A stretch of DNA of 32,000 nt from an uncultured Actinomycetes bacterium (GTDB lineage Bacteria > Actinomycetota > Actinomycetes > S36-B12 > CAIYMF01): assembly GCA_963843975.1 (NCBI GenBank), contig CAWJMG010000003.1, forward strand, positions 1,140,001 through 1,172,000. Direction: 5' to 3'. Shown here one piece after another: positions 8,874 to 15,774 of this stretch. Every line of letters starts with the position of its first letter. Position 1 is the stretch's first letter. The notes below the pieces were generated by a model that did no database searches, was not told where the DNA came from, and saw nothing but the letters and a program-made list of their open reading frames with translations. The position numbers and the translations under genes were made by a program.

Positions 8874-9887
8874 GTGACCGACACCGTCGGAACGACCGAC
8901 TCCAGCGCGACCGACGACGTGGTGCAGACGGCGCCGGACGGCCGCCGCATGCTCCGCATCGAGGCGCGCAACGCCGAGGTGCCGATCGAGCGCAAGCCGT
9001 CGTGGATCAAGACCACGCTCAAGACCGGCCCCGAGTTCCAGCGCATCAGCGGCATGGTGAAGTCCGAGGGCCTGCACACGGTGTGCCAGGAGGCGGGCTG
9101 CCCCAACATCTACGAGTGCTGGGAGGACGCCGAGGCCACGTTCCTCATCGGCGGCTCGCAGTGCTCGCGCCGCTGCGACTTCTGCCAGATCGACACCGGC
9201 CGCCCCGACCCGCTCGACCGCGACGAGCCCCGTCGCGTCGCGGAGTCCGTCGCCACGATGGGCCTGAAGTACGCCACCGTCACCGGCGTCGCCCGTGACG
9301 ACCTGGAGGACGAGGGCGCCTGGCTGTACGCCGAGACCGTGCGCAAGATCCACGAGCTCAACCCGGGCACCGGCGTCGAGGTGCTCATCCCCGACTTCTC
9401 CGGCAAGCCCGAGCTCCTGCAGCAGGTCTTCGACGCCGCCCCCGAGGTGCTCGCGCACAACGTCGAGACCGTGCCCCGGATCTTCAAGCGGATCCGGCCT
9501 GCGTTCCGCTACGACCGGTCGCTCGACGTCATCACCCAGGCCCGCGCGGCCGGGATGGTGACCAAGTCCAACCTGATCCTGGGCATGGGCGAGGAGATCC
9601 CCGAGGTCGTCCAGGCGCTGCACGACCTCCACGACGCCGGCTGCGACCTGATCACGATCACGCAGTACCTGCGGCCGAGCCCCAAGCACCACCCGGTCAC
9701 CCGTTGGGTGAAGCCGGAGGAGTTCGTCGAGCTCGCCGCCGAGGCCACCCGCATCGGCTTCGCGGGCGTGATGAGCGGCCCGCTCGTGCGCTCGTCGTAC
9801 CGCGCCGGGCGCCTGCACCAGCAGGCCCTCGAGGCCCGCGCGGCAGGCCGCGGAGCGACCATCGTGACCGGCGGCGCCTCCGCTTGA
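8874..9887 (+). CDS. lipA: lipoyl synthase
   Basis: Radical-SAM motif CSRRCDFC, N-terminal cluster motif [12 protein letters not shown], and ...SNLILGMGE...[10 protein letters not shown]...RSSYRAG. I prefer GTG 8874 (GGAAGG 6-11 nt upstream), 2 nt after the repaired lipB stop. The track start at 8835 lies inside lipB. Confidence 0.9.
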   Translation: MTDTVGTTDSSATDDVVQTAPDGRRMLRIEARNAEVPIERKPSWIKTTLKTGPEFQRISGMVKSEGLHTVCQEAGCPNIYECWEDAEATFLIGGSQCSRRCDFCQIDTGRPDPLDRDEPRRVAESVATMGLKYATVTGVARDDLEDEGAWLYAETVRKIHELNPGTGVEVLIPDFSGKPELLQQVFDAAPEVLAHNVETVPRIFKRIRPAFRYDRSLDVITQARAAGMVTKSNLILGMGEEIPEVVQALHDLHDAGCDLITITQYLRPSPKHHPVTRWVKPEEFVELAAEATRIGFAGVMSGPLVRSSYRAGRLHQQALEARAAGRGATIVTGGASA

Positions 9888-9971
9888 GCACGGGCGGCCG
9901 GGCGGTTCGTCCCGAGCGGCCCCGGCGTCCTACCCTGGGCACCTCACCACCGACCCCCGGAGCGCACACCC

Positions 9972-10646
9972 GTGAGCAGCAACGCGCCGTCCTCGGCCCC
10001 GACCGGCCGCATCGCGCAGATCCGCCAGGCGTACAAGATCACGCGCCAGAACGACCCCAAGATCCCCTGGATCATGGCGGGGGTCTTCCTCGGCACGCTC
10101 CTCGTGATGCTGCTGCTCGGCCGCTTCCTCGGGCCGTTCTGGTTCTGGGTGATCCTCGGCGTCCCCACCGCCCTGCTCGCGACCACGTTCATCTTCGCCC
10201 GCCGCGCCGAGGCCGCGATGTACGCGTCGATCGAGGGCCAGCCGGGCGCCGCGGCGTCCGCGCTCAGCTCGCTGCGCTCGGGCTGGTTCGTCACCCCGGC
10301 CGTCGGCGTCACCAAGAACCAGGACCTCGTGCACCGCGTGCTCGGTCGCCCCGGCGTGATCCTCGTGTCCGAGGCGCCCGCCTCCCGCGCCGCCAACCTG
10401 CTCGCCAACGAGCGCAAGCGGCACGCGCGGTACGTCGGCGACACCCCGATCATCGAGATCCAGTCGGGCAACGAGCCGGGCCAGGTGCCGATCCGCAAGC
10501 TGCAGCGCCACGTGATGAAGCTCGACCGCGCGCTCAAGCCCACGCAGGTCAACGCGCTGCGCAAGCGCCTCGACGCCCTCACCACGACGCCGCTGCCGAT
10601 CCCCAAGGGCCCGCTGCCCAAGGGCACCAAGATCCCCCGCGCCTGA
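9972..10646 (+). CDS. DUF4191 membrane protein (Rv2219-like)
   Basis: 224 aa, GTG start. RIAQIRQAYKITRQNDPKIPW is followed by two TM helices and ...LANERKRHARYVGDTPI.... Its position between lipA and glnA is conserved in actinobacteria. Confidence 0.7.
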   Translation: MSSNAPSSAPTGRIAQIRQAYKITRQNDPKIPWIMAGVFLGTLLVMLLLGRFLGPFWFWVILGVPTALLATTFIFARRAEAAMYASIEGQPGAAASALSSLRSGWFVTPAVGVTKNQDLVHRVLGRPGVILVSEAPASRAANLLANERKRHARYVGDTPIIEIQSGNEPGQVPIRKLQRHVMKLDRALKPTQVNALRKRLDALTTTPLPIPKGPLPKGTKIPRA

Positions 10647-10659
10647 CCCGCAGCGCACG

Positions 10660-10845
10660 ATGACCGCGCTCCCGAACATCGGCGCCCCGGCGACCAGGGC
10701 CCTGACGAACGAGGGCATCACCTCGCTCGAGCTCGTCGCGGGCCGTCCTGCGCGGCGCCTGCTGGCGCTGCACGGTGTGGGGCCGCGGGCGATCCGCATC
10801 CTCGGCGAGGCACTCGAGGCGGCCGGCCTCGACCCGCTCACCTGA
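10660..10845 (+). CDS. small helix-hairpin-helix DNA-binding-like protein
   Basis: 61 aa. LPNIGAPATRALTNEGITSLELV and LHGVGPRAIRILGEAL look like two HhH (hxxhxGhGxxxA) motifs. GC3 is high in this frame. Confidence 0.5.
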   Translation: MTALPNIGAPATRALTNEGITSLELVAGRPARRLLALHGVGPRAIRILGEALEAAGLDPLT

Positions 10846-10859
10846 GCATGAGCGGCCGC

Positions 10860-10880
10860 TTGACTCTCGGGCTACCCGAG
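10860..10880 (+). promoter_or_regulatory. candidate MerR-type promoter/operator: TTGACT -35 box followed by a perfect dyad
   Basis: TTGACT (10860-10865) is followed immediately by CTCGGG-cta-CCCGAG (10866-10880), 17 nt upstream of the MerR-family ATG at 10897. MerR regulators typically bind a dyad in the -35/-10 spacer of their own or divergent promoters. Confidence 0.4.
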
Positions 10881-10896
10881 ACCGGAGCCTGAGCCC

Positions 10897-11751
10897 ATGC
10901 AGGCAGACGGCACCCCCGGCAGCACCCTCCCGATCGGGCAGTTCGCCCGGCTCGTGGGCCTGTCGGTCGGCGCCCTGCGTCACTACGACGAGGTCGGTGC
11001 GCTCGTACCGGCGTACGTCGACCCCGCCACCGGCTACCGGCGCTACGCCCGGTCGCAGGTGGACGACGCCCGCACCGTCGCGCTCCTGCGCGAGCTCGAG
11101 GTGCCCCTCGACGAGGTCCGCGCGGTCCTCGCCGAGGACGACCCCACCGCACGCCGCGCGCTCCTCGCCCGGCACAGCGACCGGGTCACCGCGCGCGTCA
11201 CCCGGCTGCAGCGGGTCCTGCACCGTCTCACCCACCTCGTGGACCCCGACCAGGGTCACGACCACTCCCCCGAGGAGCACGTCATGTCGCAGACCACCAC
11301 CGGCAGCCTCGACACCGAGTCCCAGACCGCCCTCGCCAAGGCCCTCTACAACCGCGTGTGGGAGCTGCTCGAGAAGCCCGACCGCACCCCGGCCGACGAC
11401 GAGGAGCTCGTGCACACCGCGCACGCGTCGCGCCACTTCTGGACCGGCGTCGGCGACGAGAAGAACCGGTCGATCGGCGACTGGCAGGTCTCGCGCGTCT
11501 ACTCCACCCTCGGCCGCGGCGAGCCCGCGGTGCACCACGCTCGTCGCGCGCTCGAGCACGCCCAGAACGTCGAGGGCGAGACCTGGCTGCTGGCCTCGGC
11601 GTACGAAGGCCTCGCCCGCGCCTACGCCGTCGCCGGCGACCGGGCGGCCGCGACCGAGTGGAAGGCCAAGGCCGTCGCGCGACTCGCGGAGGTGGCCGAC
11701 CCGGACGACCGCGAGATCGTCGAGGGCGACATCGCAACCCTGCCCGTCTGA
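10897..11751 (+). CDS. MerR-family HTH regulator fused in frame to a ~155-aa helical (TPR-like) domain of unknown function
   Basis: N-terminus: IGQFARLVGLSVGALRHYDEVGALVPAYVDPATGYRRYARSQVDDARTVALLRELEVPLDEV (MerR HTH plus coiled coil). C-terminal half, from M130 (ATG 11284, preceded by GAGGAG): ...ALYNRVWELLEKPDRTPADDEELVHTAHASRHFW...WQVSRVYSTLGRGEPAVHHARRALEH...ASAYEGLARAY.... No stop codon occurs in any frame between the two parts. Confidence 0.6.
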   Translation: MQADGTPGSTLPIGQFARLVGLSVGALRHYDEVGALVPAYVDPATGYRRYARSQVDDARTVALLRELEVPLDEVRAVLAEDDPTARRALLARHSDRVTARVTRLQRVLHRLTHLVDPDQGHDHSPEEHVMSQTTTGSLDTESQTALAKALYNRVWELLEKPDRTPADDEELVHTAHASRHFWTGVGDEKNRSIGDWQVSRVYSTLGRGEPAVHHARRALEHAQNVEGETWLLASAYEGLARAYAVAGDRAAATEWKAKAVARLAEVADPDDREIVEGDIATLPV

Positions 11752-11777
11752 GCCGGGCTGCCTGGATCGCGCCGCCG

Positions 11778-12287
11778 TCAGCGGCGGACGAGGACCAGGC
11801 CGAGGCTGCGGTCGTGCAGGCCGCGCATGTCGCGGTCCCAGATCAGCGGCGGCACGAGCAGGCAGATCTGCAGGCTGCGCAGGAACGCGCGCACGAAGCC
11901 CGGCGGCGTGCCGTCGAGCCGCAGGACGCCGATGCCGAAGATCCGCTGGCCGAACGACGACCCCGTCGCCCAGGTGAGCAGCGTGAGCTGGACGAGGAAG
12001 ACCCCGAGCGTCGCGAAGGACGACGCCGGGGTGCCGTACGTGAGCCCGGAGAACAGCAGCCGCACCAGCAGGACGCTTGCGAACCAGTCGACCAGGAGCG
12101 CGCCGAGGCGGCGTCCCCAGCGGGCGATCGAGCCGGGGCCGTCGTCGGGGAGACCGAGGCGCTGACCGGGCCAGTCCTGGGTGGGCGGCAGCACGGCGCC
12201 GGGGCCGGACAGCCACGACCCGAGGTCGCGCCGGGTCAGGCCGGGGCCCTGCTGGTCCTCGCCGGGTGTGCTCTCGTCGCGTGCCAC
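11778..12287 (-). CDS. RDD-family membrane protein
   Basis: 169 aa. ...ARWGRRLGALLVDWFASVLL...GQRIFGIGVLRLDG... shows the RDD signature and TM helices. An RDD gene upstream of glnA is conserved in actinobacteria (Rv2219A-like). Confidence 0.7.
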   Translation of the reverse strand: MARDESTPGEDQQGPGLTRRDLGSWLSGPGAVLPPTQDWPGQRLGLPDDGPGSIARWGRRLGALLVDWFASVLLVRLLFSGLTYGTPASSFATLGVFLVQLTLLTWATGSSFGQRIFGIGVLRLDGTPPGFVRAFLRSLQICLLVPPLIWDRDMRGLHDRSLGLVLVRR

Positions 12288-12351
12288 CGGCCCAGGCTAT
12301 GCGGCGTACGGCGACGCCGCCGCCGCAGGTCGCGGCACCCGCGGAGCCCCG

Positions 12352-12402
12352 GTGTCAAGGCGGCGTCAGGGTTCCCGCCCGGGCGTCAAGATCGCGTCAA
12401 GA
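12352..12402 (+). promoter_or_regulatory. four 9-nt direct repeats in two 11-bp-phased pairs; candidate OmpR/KdpE-family response-regulator site
   Basis: GTGTCAAGG (12352-12360), GCGTCAGGG (12363-12371), GCGTCAAGA (12383-12391), GCGTCAAGA (12394-12402). Spacing within each pair is exactly 11 bp. They lie in the 122-bp divergent intergenic region between the RDD gene and the KimA-like gene. Confidence 0.4.
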
Positions 12403-12409
12403 CGGCGAG

Positions 12410-14368
12410 ATGCCGTCGCTGCCCCAGGCGTACGACATAGCCGTGAGCATCATCAAGCGCGCCTTCGTCGGCAGCCCCATCGACTCGTCCGAGGGCCACC
12501 GCACCCTCCTGTCCAAGCGCCTCGCCCTGCCGATCTTCTGCAGCGACCCGCTGTCCAGCGTCGCGTACGCGACCGACCAGATCCTGCTCGTCCTCGTGCT
12601 CGGCGGCACCGCCGCGCTGATGTTCACGCCCTGGGTCGCGCTCGCGGTCATCGCGCTCCTGGCGATCGTCGTCACCTCGTACCGACGCACGGTGCACGCC
12701 TACCCGAACGGTGGCGGCGCGTACGCCGTGGCGCAGGACAACTTCGGCCAGCGCACGGCGCTCGTGGCCGCGAGCGCGCTCGTCGTCGACTACATCCTCA
12801 CGGTCGCCGTCAGCGTGACCTCGGGAGTCGCGAACTTCACCTCCGCGTTCCCGGACCTCGCGCCGTACACGGTCGAGATCAGCGTCGGCCTGGTCATCGG
12901 GCTCACGCTGATGAACCTCCGAGGCGTGCGCGAGTCGGGCAAGACGTTCGCTGCGCCGACGTACCTGTTCATCGTCAGCGTCATGACCCTGATCGTCGTC
13001 GGCGGCGTGAAGATGCTGCTCGGCCAGCCGGTGGTCGCGGAGTCGGCGTCGCTGTCGTCGCAGGCCGCGCAGGCCACGGGGGCCGCCGCGATCTTCCTGC
13101 TGCTGCGCGCGTTCGCGTCGGGTTGCACCGCTCTCACCGGTGTCGAGGCGATCTCCAACGGCGTGCCCTACTTCAAGCCGCCGAAGTCGCAGAACGCTGC
13201 GGGCACCCTGCTCGCGATGGGCGTCCTGGCGATCACGATGTTCGGCGGCGTGACGTGGCTCGCGATCCAGGCCGGGGTGAAGTACTCCGAGGACAACGCC
13301 TCGCTCGGCCTCCCGTCGGACGTCGTGCAGCCGACGGTGCTCGCACAGCTCGGCACCGCGGTGTTCGGTGCCGGGTCGATCGGCTTCTTCGCGCTGCAGA
13401 TCTTCACGACGGCGGTGCTCGTGCTCGCCGCGAACACGGCCTACAACAGCTTCCCGATCATGGCCTCGGTGCTGGGCCGCGACGGCTACCTCCCGCGGCA
13501 GTTCGGGCGGCGCGGCGACAAGCTCGTCTTCAGCAACGGCATCCTGTTCCTCGCCGGCTCGTCGGTGCTGCTGATCATCGCGTTCGACGCGAGCGTGACC
13601 CGCCTGGTGCAGCTCTACATCCTGGGCGTGTTCCTCTCGTTCACGATCTCGCAGGCCGGCATGGTGCGGTGCTGGACGCGCACGCTGCGGACCGCGCTGC
13701 CGTCGGAGCGCACCCGGATCCAACGCGACCGCGTCGTGAACGGCCTCGGAGCGGCCGTGACCGCCGTCGTGCTGGTGATCGTGGTCTTCACCAAGTTCAC
13801 GCACGGCGCGTGGCTCGTGATCATCGCCGTCCCGCTGTTCTACGCCGTGATGATCGGCATCCACCGGCACTACCGCGCGCTCGACGACCGTATGGCTCCT
13901 GCGCCCGGCGGCGTGCGGCTGCCCAGCCGCGTGCACGCGATCGTGCTGGTCTCGCGGCTCCACTCGCCGGCCATGCAGGCCCTCGCGTTCGCCCGCGCGA
14001 CGCGCCCCGACCACCTCGAGGCCGTGCACGTGCAGACCGAGCGCAGCGACGTCCCTGCGCTGCAGCAGGCCTGGGCGGACCGCGGGATCCCCGTGCCGCT
14101 GGTGTGCCTGGAGTCGCCGTACCGCGACCTCACGCAGCCGATCCTCGACCACGTGCGGACGCTGCGGCGCACGAGCCCGCGCGACATCGTGGCCGTCTTC
14201 ATCCCCGAGTACGTCGTGAGCCACTGGTGGGAGGCGCTCCTGCACAACCAGAGCGCCCTGCGCCTGCGCGTGCGCCTGCGCCAGGAGAAGGGCGTCATCG
14301 TGATCTCGGTGCCGATGCAGCTCGAGGACGCGGCCCCGACCCAGGCTTTCGAGAACGCGGTGCGGTGA
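12410..14368 (+). CDS. kimA: APC-superfamily permease, KimA (YdaO)-like putative K+/H+ symporter with a cytoplasmic C-terminal domain
   Basis: 652 aa from ATG 12410; an alternative GTG at 12443 gives VSIIKRAFVGSPI. Motifs are KRLALPIFCSDPLSSVAYATDQIL, YPNGGGAY, LVVDYILTVAVS, FASGCTALTGVEAISNGVP, VLVLAANTAYNSFP and KLVFSNGI. A ~200-aa soluble tail ends ...WWEALLHNQSALRLRVRL.... These match my recollection of B. subtilis KimA. A conservative name would be APC family permease. Confidence 0.6.
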   Translation: MPSLPQAYDIAVSIIKRAFVGSPIDSSEGHRTLLSKRLALPIFCSDPLSSVAYATDQILLVLVLGGTAALMFTPWVALAVIALLAIVVTSYRRTVHAYPNGGGAYAVAQDNFGQRTALVAASALVVDYILTVAVSVTSGVANFTSAFPDLAPYTVEISVGLVIGLTLMNLRGVRESGKTFAAPTYLFIVSVMTLIVVGGVKMLLGQPVVAESASLSSQAAQATGAAAIFLLLRAFASGCTALTGVEAISNGVPYFKPPKSQNAAGTLLAMGVLAITMFGGVTWLAIQAGVKYSEDNASLGLPSDVVQPTVLAQLGTAVFGAGSIGFFALQIFTTAVLVLAANTAYNSFPIMASVLGRDGYLPRQFGRRGDKLVFSNGILFLAGSSVLLIIAFDASVTRLVQLYILGVFLSFTISQAGMVRCWTRTLRTALPSERTRIQRDRVVNGLGAAVTAVVLVIVVFTKFTHGAWLVIIAVPLFYAVMIGIHRHYRALDDRMAPAPGGVRLPSRVHAIVLVSRLHSPAMQALAFARATRPDHLEAVHVQTERSDVPALQQAWADRGIPVPLVCLESPYRDLTQPILDHVRTLRRTSPRDIVAVFIPEYVVSHWWEALLHNQSALRLRVRLRQEKGVIVISVPMQLEDAAPTQAFENAVR

Positions 14369-14391
14369 CCGCGGGTGCCAGACTCGGACGC

Positions 14392-15774
14392 ATGAGCAAC
14401 GGACGAGCGGCTGACGGCGCATCCCTGGTGCGCCGTCAGCCGCTAGTCCGCGTCGCCGCCTTCGTCGTCGGCGTCGCCCTCGTCTGGCTCGCAGCCTCGT
14501 TGGCATCGGCGCACGTGCCGCTCGACCTCGCAGCCGTGCTGCTGGTGATGCTCGCCGTCGTCGTGGCGCTCGCGCTGGTCACCGGCCCCGTGCTGGCGGT
14601 GCTCGCGTCGCTCGCCGTCGTGGTCATCGTCAACTGGTACCTCGTCCCGCCGTACGGCACCTTCCAGGTCGCGAGCACCGAGAACCTCGTCGCCCTCGTG
14701 GTCTTCCCACTCGTGGCAGCGGTGACCGCCGGGCTCGTCGAGCTCGCCGCGCGGGCCAGGGCACGCGATGCCGCGTCTGCCTCGCGCGCGATGCTCATGG
14801 GCGACGTCGCCTCCGACACCGCGGGGTCCCTCGAGCGCGTACGACGTGCCCTCGACCTGGCCGAGCTGCAGCTGATCCGCGCCGACGGCACCGTGGTCGC
14901 GCGGCGCGGCGAGCCCACCGCCGACGACGACGTGGTGCTCGACGCCCAGGGCCCCGACGGCTACCGCCTCGTCGGGACGGGAGTCCCGCGCATCGCCGAG
15001 GACCCCGACTTCATCGCCTCGCTCGCAGCGGCAGCCGTGCGCGCCTACGAGAGCGAGCAGCTCGACCTCGAGAAGTCACGATCCGTCGAGCTCGCAGCCG
15101 TCGACGAGGCGCGGTCCGCCCTGCTCGCGAGCGTCGGCCACGACCTTCGTACGCCCCTGGCCGGCCTGCGGCTCGCCGTCGACACGCTGCGCTCCCCCGA
15201 GGTCGAGCTCGACGACGAGGCGCGCACCGAGCTGCTCGACACCGTCGACGCTTCGACGACGCGGCTCGACGAGCTGATCTCCAACCTGCTCGACATGAGC
15301 CGGCTCGAAGCGGGCGGCCTGCCGGTGCGGCGCGAGGCCGTCGCGCTCTACGGCCTCGTCTCCGCGGCCGTCGCGGGCCGAGCCCCGGGCGCCGTGCTGG
15401 TCCAGGTGGACGACGCGCTCCCTCTCGTGTCCGCCGACCCCGTGCTGCTCGAGCGCGTGGTGGAGAACCTCGTGTCCAACGCTCTGCGGCACGGCCGCGC
15501 CGGCGTCGGGCGCCCCGTCGAGGTGCGCGCGACCCCGCGGACCTCGGCCGTCGTCGTCGACGTCGTCGACCACGGGCCGGGGCTCACGGCGGCCGTCACC
15601 GCCGCACCGCCGCTGGCCGCGTCGCGCAGTGCCGACGGCAGCACCGGGCTCGGCCTCGAGATCGTGCGCCGGTTCTGCGTGGCCATGGGCTCCGAGCTCG
15701 AGCTGCGCGAGACCGAGGGCGGCGGGCTCACCGCCCGCGTCACGCTGCCCATCGCCCGTGGGGGTGCGCGATGA
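14392..15774 (+). CDS. sensor histidine kinase, KdpD C-terminal-half type (DUF4118 membrane domain + short GAF-like linker + HisKA + HATPase_c), lacking the N-terminal KdpD/Usp sensor domains
   Basis: TM block ...VVVIVNWYLVPPYGTFQVASTENLVALVVFPLVAAVTAGLV is DUF4118-like. H-box SVGHDLRTPLAGL, N-box ENLVSNALRHG, G-boxes DHGPGL and GLGLEIV are present. The start is ATG 14392, or GTG 14365, which overlaps the KimA-like stop by 4 nt (GTGA). The stop overlaps the RR start (ATGA). Confidence 0.8.
   Translation: MSNGRAADGASLVRRQPLVRVAAFVVGVALVWLAASLASAHVPLDLAAVLLVMLAVVVALALVTGPVLAVLASLAVVVIVNWYLVPPYGTFQVASTENLVALVVFPLVAAVTAGLVELAARARARDAASASRAMLMGDVASDTAGSLERVRRALDLAELQLIRADGTVVARRGEPTADDDVVLDAQGPDGYRLVGTGVPRIAEDPDFIASLAAAAVRAYESEQLDLEKSRSVELAAVDEARSALLASVGHDLRTPLAGLRLAVDTLRSPEVELDDEARTELLDTVDASTTRLDELISNLLDMSRLEAGGLPVRREAVALYGLVSAAVAGRAPGAVLVQVDDALPLVSADPVLLERVVENLVSNALRHGRAGVGRPVEVRATPRTSAVVVDVVDHGPGLTAAVTAAPPLAASRSADGSTGLGLEIVRRFCVAMGSELELRETEGGGLTARVTLPIARGGAR

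Noticed and set aside
12288-12409. Possible c-di-AMP (ydaO/kimA-type) riboswitch upstream of the KimA-like gene
   Set aside because: The intergenic region is only 122 bp and is shared with the divergent RDD gene. I could not see the pseudo-two-fold ACGR/conserved helices of that riboswitch class. A covariance-model scan (Rfam RF00379) would be decisive.
12181-14391. Upstream 737 codons of the 1197-aa ORF that ends as the histidine kinase
   Set aside because: This part overlaps the KimA-like gene out of frame and is Arg/Pro-rich nonsense. Kinase-like sequence begins only at about 14392.
12386-14506. 706-aa minus-strand ORF, plus similar long antisense ORFs at 24-983, 130-1047, 794-1972, 8811-9818, 10579-12216, 16464-18428, 22792-24270 (+), 25748-27325 and 30059-31309
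   Set aside because: All lie opposite or out of frame to genes with clear family signatures and have low-complexity Arg/Gly/Asp/His-rich translations. They are treated as GC-driven shadow ORFs.
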